NCBI GenBank assembly: GCA_031835245.2
Contig: JAVKOQ020000099.1
Location: forward strand, 1 to 64,000
DNA length: 64,000 nt
Reading direction: 5' to 3'
DNA from: Balamuthia mandrillaris
Taxonomy: Eukaryota
The notes beneath the pieces are model-generated. The model was not told the DNA's origin and ran no database searches. It worked only from the letters and a program-made list of their open reading frames with translations. Below, piece after piece: positions 37,770 to 47,343 of this stretch. Positions within the stretch are counted from its first letter, which is position 1; each line of letters starts with the position of its first letter. The position numbers and the translations under genes were made by a program.

Positions 37770-39287
37770 TCAGGCTTCCGGTCGTGAAAGCCTCCTTTTC
37801 TCGGCGGCGGGAGGGACATATCCCTCCAGGATGTTCTTGAGGGAGACCAACGAGCAGAAGGAGTTCTTCTGGCGAGAAGACTCCATGCGATTAAGGATGG
37901 TCAGCGTGTTGGAGGCCGTATAGAGGGTGTAGGTTGATCTGCCTCCAAAGATGGAACGACATTGGTCCATCAGGCGAAAGTCTTGGGAAGTGTCGATCTC
38001 CTCCACTCCCGACTTCTTTTTCCAGTAGCTGAAGGTGGTTCCTTTCATGCGAAGAATGTCGCACAGTTCTTTCTTGATCAACATGGGGGTGCCGTCCGGA
38101 GCAAAGATGACGTGCAGAGGCAGGTTGTCCACATAGCGGACATCGGGCGGCCGCAATTGCAAGGCAGAAGAGGAATGCAGCACTTTGCGTTGGAGCTTCA
38201 TGATGTAGTTGTTGGAAAAACCGGTCTCACGGATAACCGACTCTCGGTCTTCTTGTTTGTTGAGCAGGTTTACAATGCTTTCAGGGTTGACAGAGGCAGT
38301 GGAGAGAGCGGCCTTCACAGAAGTTTCGAGCTCGGCCGGGTCCACCACAACGTTTGGCTGTTGCGGTGAAGTAAAACACTTGCTGCTATGCTCCAGTGTA
38401 GGGTTAGCGGAGAGGGTCCGTTTCCGCTTCAGCCTCTTGAGAGGACGAGGACGAGCAACGTCTTTGGGCTTCCACTCTTCCTCCTCATCGCTTTCCTGGT
38501 TTTCATTCCGTGGGTAGGGCCGTTTGTGCTTACGTATGTTCGGACGTTCTTCTCTCTCTGCCGCTTCGGATGTTCTCTTTTGAGTGCGGATAAAGTCGTA
38601 TTCGGTGTCGGAGTAGTTCTTTTGGGACTTGGAGGAGGAGGGCTGGTGGTCGTCTTTGTCTTCGGCTTGACTGAGTTCCAGAAGGAGGGGGGAAAGTTCA
38701 GAGGTGGCGTTGGAAGGGATGGTAGCGGTAGTTCTATACATGGTAAAATGGGTTCGTGGCTTGCGGACTATTCCGGGGATGCTGGCGGCGGAGGAATAAC
38801 CATGCCGGTCCTTTGCATCATCCGTGCGAAGCAAAGCAGCGAGCTCCTCCTGCGGAGAGATGGGAGATTTGGCAGACAAGGTCTTTGTCTCGGCAACTGA
38901 GTTTTGCTGTTGTTCGGGCTGTTGCTCGGCTTCCTCGGCCAAGGCAGCTCTATAGAGGTCATGCACGCTCACTCCGCCGCTGCCGCCAGCGTGCTGGTGA
39001 TAATGGCCGTCTTCCGTGGAGGAGGTCTCCTGCTTCCATCGGTTGAGCCACTTGTGCTTAGGAAAATGCTTGCTTCCGTTGTTCATCTTTGGCACAAAGT
39101 AGGTGTGGTGATGCCGAGGTGCAGGAAATGCTCCGTCGTCGGAGTAGGGTGAGGAAGGCGGGCTCGAGTGGGGCGTTGGGGAGGAGGAGAAGCAAGGGGA
39201 ACTTGGGGCGCAACGTCGGTCTTCAGGATGTTGGGGGTCGCGTTGGTGGTGGTCGGTGGAGCCCTCTTCGAAAAGTGAAGTGGTCAT
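37770..39287 (-). CDS. Intronless hypothetical protein (~505 aa): disordered N-terminus, basic NLS-like patches, C-terminal Bro-N-like putative DNA-binding domain
   Basis: Long uninterrupted ORF, first ATG at 39287. RPLKRLKRKR. C-terminal LPLHVIFAPDGTPMLIKKELCDIL. Confidence 0.65.
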   Translation of the reverse strand: MTTSLFEEGSTDHHQRDPQHPEDRRCAPSSPCFSSSPTPHSSPPSSPYSDDGAFPAPRHHHTYFVPKMNNGSKHFPKHKWLNRWKQETSSTEDGHYHQHAGGSGGVSVHDLYRAALAEEAEQQPEQQQNSVAETKTLSAKSPISPQEELAALLRTDDAKDRHGYSSAASIPGIVRKPRTHFTMYRTTATIPSNATSELSPLLLELSQAEDKDDHQPSSSKSQKNYSDTEYDFIRTQKRTSEAAEREERPNIRKHKRPYPRNENQESDEEEEWKPKDVARPRPLKRLKRKRTLSANPTLEHSSKCFTSPQQPNVVVDPAELETSVKAALSTASVNPESIVNLLNKQEDRESVIRETGFSNNYIMKLQRKVLHSSSALQLRPPDVRYVDNLPLHVIFAPDGTPMLIKKELCDILRMKGTTFSYWKKKSGVEEIDTSQDFRLMDQCRSIFGGRSTYTLYTASNTLTILNRMESSRQKNSFCSLVSLKNILEGYVPPAAEKRRLSRPEA

Positions 39288-40726
39288 CTGAGATGAGTGG
39301 CACAAAGCGATGAAACGGGCTATGCTGGTGGGGGTGGTCGTCGTGGTGGTGGAGGCGCAGTGGCTCAAAGTCGAGGCGGTGAGAGACTTGGTTTCCGTTC
39401 GTTCCGTTCTCTCTTTCAACGTTCAAGAAAAAGTAAAGAATAAAACAAAAAATAAAACAAACAGCTATTTGTAGTCCCGATGATGGAACTCGTCAACAAA
39501 GGGCCGTCGGGTATTTACAATATTTTGTGGCAAACAAAAAAAAGAGGGATGACTTTTCCGTACTTCTTCCTCCCTCGTCTTCTTGATATATGGTTTCTTG
39601 GAAAGCAAAGATGTCACCCAAATACGCAGTAGAAGTGGAAGAAGTAGAAAAAGAAGAAGAAGTAGAGTACAAAGAAATGGAGCAAACAAAAACGGCTAGG
39701 ATGGACAACTTGTCCTACGACCGCAATCCTACCACCACCACCACCACACAAAGAGATAAATATAAAATCAAAAAGGGGATAGCTGAAGGCCACGCAGCGG
39801 GGACGTGGCAGACGTCCTTTCGTGTCAACTTGTTCTTCGGTGGTCGAATTGACGGGTGTGGTTTTGCTTTCCGTGTGTTTTCCCTGACCCAACGGAAACT
39901 TCAGCAAAGTCGGGAAAAAGGTTGGAAACTTTGGAACCGAAAACTCCTAAAACGTTCTTAATGTTCCGATTGGTTGGTAAATATCCGCAAGAAACTTCGA
40001 GGAAAAATGTGCTAAAAATCGCAGAGCTGTGACGTGGAGCTCTTAAGAATGCAAAAAATGCCCCGACGATAGTTGGAATGCCATGAGTTCGGAGAATTCT
40101 TGGTATGTAAAAAATGCAATTCAAGAGAGCCAGAGCAGGCGACGCAAAGATCATAAGATCTAAGGACAACAAAAAAAGAAATTACATGACATTCGTCTTT
40201 TGGGCCAATGAGCATTTTTCCCGCCAAAACAACCCTTCCTTCTCCCACCCAAGGCAAAGTGGTGGGTTGGGGTGTGGGGTGGGATGAATGGAATGGATGC
40301 TCATGCTGCTGCCGCCAATAAACTTTTGGTACTCGTCATTCGCATTGACACTTTTCTGCTACTCGTTTTCTTTTCTTCTCTTCTTTTCTTGTCGTTTCTT
40401 TCTTTTCAAAAGTAAACACACAGACACACACATCCACGAAGCTCCACGCACCACCGTATTTCTCATTGCTACGCTTCTACTACACAAGGAGGAAACCAGC
40501 GGCGGAAGGAGGCAGAGGTGGAAACCGAAGCGGTTCAGCAGCAGGCAGGGGCACCGCTCCGATTGAAAAGGTAGCGTTCTTTTTTCTCTGCTCGCTCACT
40601 ACATTTTTTGATGATGGAAAAAAAATTTGTTACCAACCACTCACTAATGATTTCTTTTGTTTAAAAAAGAACAGCATCACGAACCTCTGTGCGCCTCTTC
40701 CACAACGCTGCTGGAAGCTGGCCTGA

Positions 40727-42469
40727 ATGGCAAGTTGCCCACAGTGCCGAAAAAAGTTTGCTACCTCTCACGGGTTGGCCGTTCACTTCGGTCGGGTCCA
40801 CAAGGAAGGGGGTCGCACCACTACTTCTTCTACTCCCACTGCTACTCGGAAAAGAAGAGCGGAAAACGCCCCAGCGGCACCTCAGGCAAGGGCACAGAAG
40901 CGTGGAAGGCCGCAGGCTGCACCCGCCCAGCCCTTTTGGAACCAGTTTTCCAGCGAAATCGGGAGAAGATTAATACGCCCAGAAGCCTTGTGCTTGGAGG
41001 AACCCTTTGCCTGTGGTTCAGGATGGTTCACCGCCTGCAAGCACATTCCTAACGGAGAAAAGTTGTTGGAGGAGGAGGAGGAGAAGAAGGAGAAGGAGAA
41101 GGAGAAGAAGGAGGAAGAGGAAGAGGAGAAGGAGAAGGAGAAGGAGAAGGAAGAAGAGGAGAAAAACCAGAAAGGCTTGTTAGGCCTCATCGAGGGACTC
41201 GTTCCGTCTCGCCCAGCCGTACAGCTCACCAAAAAAGGCAAGAATGGAGAGGAGAAACCGGTAGTGGGGCGATTGGAGAAGATCCGCCTTTATCCGCGCT
41301 CGGAACAAAAGAAGACGCTGGCCAAGTGGTTCGGCACAGTACGATGGACCTACAACAAGGCCGTGGAGTTTCATCGTGAACATAAAGGAATGCCTCTTAA
41401 GGAGATGAAGGAACAAGTCAGGGAGAAATTCCTGAATAACGGCAATTTCAACGGAGAGGACAAGAGCCTTGCGTGGGTGTTGGAAACTCCTCGATACATT
41501 CGCAGTGACGCCGTCGATGATTTCTTCAACGGCGTGAAAACCAGCTTGGCGGCGGGCAGGACTGGATTCAAGATGAAGTTCCGTGGTCGGAAGGACAAGA
41601 GCCAGTCTCTCAGCATCCAAGCCAGGGAGTGGAACCACAGCAAGTCCATCCGCCAACTCTTCTTCGGGGAGGCGCGAATCAAAGCGAGGGACAAGAACTA
41701 CAAAGTTCCGTCGGAGGTGCTCTATGCCGTTCGTCTGGTGAAAGACACTCGACTGGGCCATTACTACCTCTGTGTGCCTCAGCCTTTGAAGCTCATGGGC
41801 GAGAGCCAAGCCCGTGAGCACCGAAGGAGAGAGGCAGGCATCATCGCCTTGGATCCAGGAGTGCGCACATTCATGACCACCTACAACGGCTGCGGGGAGG
41901 TCACCGAGTGGGGCAAAGCGGATATCAACGAGATAGGCAAGCTGTGCCACCGCCTGGACCGCATGCAGAGTAAGGGCACCAAGGGCAACCACAGGCAACG
42001 GCGCCGTCTCCGAAGGGCCGCTGCTCGGCTTCGCCAGAGGATCCGCAACCTGGTGGATGACCTCCACAAGAAGCTCGTGTCTTGGTTGGTCAGGAACTTC
42101 TCCCTCATCCTTCTGCCAGAGTTCAGGAGCCAGCAGATGGTGCGGCGAGGCCACCGCCGCATTGGCTCACGAACGGCCAGAGCCATGCTCACCTGGTCCC
42201 ACTATCGCTTCAGGCAGAGGCTCCTCAACAAGGCCAAGCAATTTCCGTCCTGTACGGTCTGCCTCTGCGATGAGGAATACACCTCCAAGACCTGCGGCAA
42301 GTGCGGCCAAGTCCACCACCAGTTGGGGGGAAACAAGACCTTTCGGTGCCCCCAACCCGAGTGTGGCTACCAGGCCGATCGAGATGCCAACGCCGCCCGA
42401 AACATCTTGATCCGCTTTTTTACGTTACAAGCACTTACCACCTCCTCCTCCTCTGTGAGGGGGCGGTAG
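40727..42469 (+). CDS. Fanzor (Fanzor2/IS607-TnpB-like) RNA-guided endonuclease, 580 aa, with an N-terminal C2H2 zinc finger
   Basis: HTH_OrfB-like KIRLYPRSEQKKTLAKWFGTVRWTYN. RuvC-I IIALDPGVRTF (D376). ILLPEF, with the alternative catalytic E in DEEYTSKTC (E516). Zn ribbon CGKC..CPQPEC. RuvC-III DRDANAARNIL (D553). Confidence 0.95.
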   Translation: MASCPQCRKKFATSHGLAVHFGRVHKEGGRTTTSSTPTATRKRRAENAPAAPQARAQKRGRPQAAPAQPFWNQFSSEIGRRLIRPEALCLEEPFACGSGWFTACKHIPNGEKLLEEEEEKKEKEKEKKEEEEEEKEKEKEKEEEEKNQKGLLGLIEGLVPSRPAVQLTKKGKNGEEKPVVGRLEKIRLYPRSEQKKTLAKWFGTVRWTYNKAVEFHREHKGMPLKEMKEQVREKFLNNGNFNGEDKSLAWVLETPRYIRSDAVDDFFNGVKTSLAAGRTGFKMKFRGRKDKSQSLSIQAREWNHSKSIRQLFFGEARIKARDKNYKVPSEVLYAVRLVKDTRLGHYYLCVPQPLKLMGESQAREHRRREAGIIALDPGVRTFMTTYNGCGEVTEWGKADINEIGKLCHRLDRMQSKGTKGNHRQRRRLRRAAARLRQRIRNLVDDLHKKLVSWLVRNFSLILLPEFRSQQMVRRGHRRIGSRTARAMLTWSHYRFRQRLLNKAKQFPSCTVCLCDEEYTSKTCGKCGQVHHQLGGNKTFRCPQPECGYQADRDANAARNILIRFFTLQALTTSSSSVRGR

Positions 42470-42550
42470 GCGGTAAGGTTGCTTTGGTGCCGGCACCGTT
42501 GCTTATAGCGAGTCGTAAGACAAGCCGTGATTAGGCACGCCGGAGGTGGG
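42425..42550 (+). ncRNA. Candidate omegaRNA scaffold overlapping the Fanzor 3' end
   Basis: Long stem AAGCACTTACC..CCTCCTC-TGT-GAGGGGG..GGTAAG(GT)TGCTT (42429-42484), followed by GGTGCCGGCACC, a GTC-GTAA-GAC GNRA hairpin and GCC-GTGATTA-GGC. Confidence 0.7.
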
Positions 42551-42649
42551 TTATTTTTTGTTTCTCTGTTTTTTTTTTCCCCCGTCAACTAATTTTGCTT
42601 TATTTTCGTTGTCCCATTGATCGGCTTGATCTTGGCGCCATCTTTTAGG

Positions 42650-44677
42650 ATGCTACCAAGAGGCAGCAAGGCGAGGCTGCTGATACCCTCTATTTCAAGG
42701 TTTGTTGTGGCACCTACCCTGCTCAGTGCCTATTATTAACTGTATCGCCCCTTGACGAACCAAAAAGTCGGTCGTGGCCGCGAAACGGTAGTTCTGCGCT
42801 TGGCCCCGCTACACGCTACCTCTCGACGCAAACAGGAAGTGACGGAGGAGAAGAGGACTACGACGTGGTGGTGGTTGGTGGAGGAATGGTAGGAACAGCA
42901 CTAGCGTGTGCTATCGGTATGTTTGTGCAACTGTGTTTCCATTTGGGAACTAGGAACCAATGCCCGGCCTAACCTTTTTAAAACGGCAGCGACCTCTCCC
43001 CTAACAAAGTACCAACGGGTAGCACTGGTGGAAAGTGCGGCAATACCGGATGTTACTGCGGAGCCATTGCCTCCCTTTCCCGACATAAGAGTGAGCGCAC
43101 TTAGTCCAGGCTCTGTACGCTTCCTTCATGGTTTGTTTTGGTTTTTTACTTCACTTTTTTACCTATTGGGGGAAGCGTGCTTGCTTGCCGCTGCGTTTGC
43201 TGTACTATGGTTGCTCACATACGGACGTTCAACACAGCATTGGGAGCGTGGGACAGCATAGCCAACAGTCACAGAGCCACACCCTACGACGCTATGAAGG
43301 TCTGGGACGCTACGAACACTGCGCAGCTCAACTTTAATGCAGAGGAGGTAGGCACGGACGCCCTTGGCTATATCGTTGAGAACAAGCTGGTTGTCTCTGC
43401 CCTTTTTCAGAGGCTGAAGTCCCTTCCCTCTGTGAAGGTCATAGCTGGAGCACTGGATACCATCCAGCAAGATGAAGATGAGCAAGCAAAGGACCAACAA
43501 GGAAAGGCCACAGTGACCGATTGGACAAAGAGAATACCGCTTACGAGATTGCGCTTGAAAGACGGCAAACAGTTGAAAACACGCCTTTTGGTTGGCGCTG
43601 ATGGAGCTCAGTCAAAGATCCGCAAGACTGTTGCTCGCTTCCCTACCTTTGGTTTTGATTACTCGCAACGAGGGGTCGTGGCTTCTATTGCGTTAAACCA
43701 GCACACTTCCACTGCCTGGCAGCGGTTTCTTGCATCAGGACCCGTTGCTATGCTTCCTGTAAGTATTCCCGCTCGAATCTTATCTCCCTCTTTGTTTTAT
43801 GTAACACATTCAATTATCAGATGTTTGCAGACAACGCATCGATTGTGTGGTCTACAAGCATGCCACATAGCGAGGAGCTTCTACGGATGCCTGAAAATGA
43901 ATTCATCGATGCGCTAAACCATGCTTTTCATGCTCCTCCAGAATCGACCCCACTCTCTCCTCTATCCTATCTTACAGAGCCTCTGCGTAGCATATTACCG
44001 AATACTATTCCACTTTCGGGTTCAGCTCCTCCGCCCTGCCCTCCTCTTGCTATTTCACTCACCGGCAAGCGCGCCGCCTTCCCTTTGAAATTTATGCACG
44101 CCAACAAGTACATTCGTCCGCGTCTGGCGCTCATCGGGTACATCTTTTGCTCTTCTCATCTTCTCTCCCCCTTCCGTTCTCTCTCCAGACTTCCATTTGC
44201 TGACAGCTATTTGAACAGCGATGCGGCCCACTGTGTGCATCCATTAGCAGGGCAAGGAGTCAACTTAGGTTTTGCTGACGTTGTGAGCCTGAGCAAAGCC
44301 CTTGCTCACGCTGTTGAATCGGGACGTGATGTGGGAGATCAGACTGTGCTGCAAGAGTATGAAGACGAACGGAAAAACCAGAACCTGTCCATGCTGTTGG
44401 CTCTTGACGCCATCAAACGGATCTTTGAGACCAACTCTGTTCCTTTGGCATTCGCCAGAAGCGCAGGCATCACCTTGACCAATGTCCTCTCGCCCATCAA
44501 GGTAATGTCGGCGTCCCTTTTTTCCTTCCATTCCTTTCTTTTTCTTTGATCCTGACAACACCTGTGTTCAAGTCGCTGTTTGTGGGGCGTGCCACCGGCC
44601 AAACTCTCCCCTTGGATCATCTCCAACCAAACGAAGAAGCAGAGGTAACCCCGTTGCGCAGCGCTCCATCAGGGTGA
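42650..44677 (+). CDS. COQ6: Ubiquinone biosynthesis monooxygenase COQ6, multi-exon
   Basis: DVVVVGGGMVGTALAC, RVSALSPGS, LGYIVEN, LLVGADGAQS, AWQRFLASGPVAMLP, AAFPL and DAAHCVHPLAGQGVNLGFAD. Confidence 0.92.
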
Positions 44678-44900
44678 GCTTTGGTGGAAAAAAAAAAACT
44701 ACACAAACAAGGGTTAGGGTTAGTTCGATATAGTTAGGGTTAGCCTTGCCCCCCAAAATAACCACAAAAAAATATATGAAACAAAAATAAAAGGCGAAAA
44801 AGGAGGTAAGGCCACCACCACGAGCAGTGAGGCGACCTCTTCTTGGTGTGTGTGTGTGTGTGTGTGTGGGGAGGGGGGAGGGCCCAAAAAAAGAAGAAGA

Positions 44901-47136
44901 ATGGAAGGAACAAGTAGCGGCGGCGGCGGCGGTGTTAAGCAGGTTCGGCCGCACCACCATCATTCCAAAGACAAAGAGAAAGAGGAGGATCAGAAGGACG
45001 GCAGCGGCGGTAGTAGTGGCAGTGGCCATAGTAAACAGACCAAAAAGAGGAGCACCACCAAAGATAAGACGCAGCAGCTACCGTCACAACAGCAGGGAGG
45101 AGGAGCCGTTAGGACGACGACCAACCTTGACAAAGACAGAACTGCGACCGAGGAGGAAGGTAGCAAAAGCAGCAGTAATAAGAAGAAGGGCAAGAGCAAA
45201 GAGAAGAAAACGCATCGGGAAAAGGGAGGAGGAGGCAAAAGCACCACCACCACGCCCCCCACCTCAACAATAACCTCATCGACAAGCACTACCGCATCCT
45301 CCACCACGGGACGAGGGAAGAGAGAACAACTGGTGAACGAGCTGCTTCAGTCGGAGCGGGCTCATGTGAGGAACTTGAACACCTTCCTGAAGGACTACGT
45401 GATCCCGCTGAGAGACAAGAAGATCATCCCCTCCGAAGACCTTCAGGACATACTTTGTAACCTGGAGCTCATTCGCAACTGGAACGAGCAATTTCTGGAA
45501 GAAATGGAAGGCCTGCTTGAGGATGACTGTGAGTTTGGGAAGCTCTTCATGGAAATGGTACGGCTATTATGGTGCTGTTGCAAATGACTTTCTTTTGCAA
45601 GTGTTCGAGTGCTGAAACCGTGTTGTTGGAATTATAGATCCCAATGCTTCGTCAGTTGTATGCTCAGTATAATGAGAACTATGCACACGCAATGGAAGCC
45701 TACGAAAAGTGTAAAAAGAACAAGGAATTCGCCACCTTCCTTGAGGTATGCTTGCTTTTGTTGGGCGAGTGGGTGTACACTTGCTGTGTGTGTATGTACG
45801 TGGCGTATAGTAGCTTTGCTGACTCTTGGTTGTAGACAGTGGCACGGAAGCGCAGCGAGGAAGAACGACCAACGAACTCCACCTCTCCTCCTACCTATTG
45901 TAACAACTTTTTAAACTTTCTCTACTTGCCCATACAGCGTATGATAGCCTATGACTTTCTTCTCAAGGTTCTCATCCTTTCTTCCATTGGCTTTTTTGAA
46001 TCTCAAACGAATCCGTAACAAACGCCTTCGCTGGATTTGGTGCTATACAGGATTTAACAGCCGAGACGCCACCCGATCACCCTGATCATGACAATCTTAA
46101 TGCTGGTGCGTTTAGGATCACCCTTTGTTCCCCCATTTCTTTCTTCTTGTTTCTTCCTTGCTCATTGGGCTTTATTGGTGATCACGTTCTTTAGCTTTGA
46201 AGCTTTTACGAGAGGCGGCAGACCATGCTGACAAATTAGCAAATCAGCGAAAGAACATTGATAAAGTAATAAGCATTCAAAGCCAGTTGCTAGGAGAGGT
46301 ACTGTTAGTTGTTCAATTCTCTCTCATATCAAATGATTGACGTACAACGATTGTTCATTACCTTCAGTTCACAAGCTTAGCACGGCCTCACCGCAGGTTT
46401 GTGTACGAAGGGGATGTGATCCTGGTAGTGGGACGGACGCACAGAGAAAGGCATATGTTCCTGTTCAACGACGTGCTTTTGTGCGTCCATCTCAAAAAGA
46501 AGGCAAGGGGTTACAAGATCGACTTTTTGGAACCCCTCGAAACTCTTCAGGTCGGTCTTGCTAATGATTCGCTTGGTATGTTTTATACGTCCACCATTGA
46601 GCACCATCAGCACCTCAAGTTTTCCCTGTCTCATCTTCCCTCTCCTTCTCTTTTCTCTTGTTCCTCTTTTAGCGGATTTCAGGCATGCATTTCGCCTCAA
46701 CTCACCAGCCAAAGAGTACACTTTGCTATCCGTGGATAAGAGCTACTGGATGCAACTCATCTCGGACTCCATAAAGCGACACTTGGCAAAGGCAAGCGGA
46801 GTGCCCGAGCTGACAGCAGGCAACAGACCTTCCAGCAGCAGCGGAGCAACCAACAGTACTGACCAAGGTCGCGAGAACGACGAAACCTCTTCCTCTTCAT
46901 CTAATCATCACCATCACCACACAACTTCCTTCACCAAAGGGAAGTCATCATCAACAGCATCATCGTCATCCTCGTCTTCATCATCAGCAATGATCAAAGA
47001 GGACGAGGAGATCAACTTTCCAGAGCTACTGCGGCACATCGTACAGTGGGCTCACATGGAGGACGAGGCCCTCGCCATGGAGCAACTTCGGAGGCTTGCC
47101 TCTCGCCTCCAAGATAAATATCCTGCCTGTACATAA
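44901..47136 (+). CDS. Dbl-family RhoGEF (DH-PH), multi-exon
   Basis: REQLVNELLQSERAHVRNL, LYAQYNENY, TPPDHPD. PH domain: RRFVYEG..RHMFLFNDVLL..KSYWMQLI. Confidence 0.88.
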
Positions 47137-47225
47137 TTGATTATAAGACCTACAAGGAAAATAAAGGAAACGAAAGGCGATGAGGTGGCCTCTAACATTT
47201 TCCTTGAAAAATTTCCCTTGTGCGC

Positions 47226-47343
47226 AACGGCGTGAAAACCAACCTGGCAGCGGGCAGAGGCGCCACTGGATTCCAGATGAAGTTCCGTGGTCGGAAGGAC
47301 AAACAAGAGCCAGTCTCTCAGCATCCAAGCCAGAGAGTGGAAC
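47226..47343 (+). mobile_element. Isolated internal fragment of the Fanzor ORF (paralog of 41528-41636)
   Basis: AACGGCGTGAAAACC..GATGAAGTTCCGTGGTCGGAAGGACA..GAGCCAGTCTCTCAGCATCCAAGCCAG.GAGTGGAAC, with small insertions. Confidence 0.9.

Larger units (their letters stand above)
40147..42550 (+). mobile_element. Fanzor-encoding element; ends approximate
   Basis: Left part is homologous to the dispersed copy at 10698. Contains the Fanzor ORF and a structured 3' region. No transposase ORF visible. Confidence 0.75.

Noticed and set aside
39880..40146. Search for an IS607-type serine recombinase, terminal inverted repeats or a target-site duplication at the Fanzor left end
   Set aside because: None could be identified by eye; the true element boundary remains undefined.
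40982..41191. 210-nt segment missing from the decayed Fanzor copy, considered as a spliced-out intron
   Set aside because: No GT at its 5' boundary and it is an open in-frame stretch; better explained as an indel.
41180..42154. 324-aa antisense ORF over the Fanzor gene
   Set aside because: Shadow ORF of a GC-rich coding strand with no motifs.
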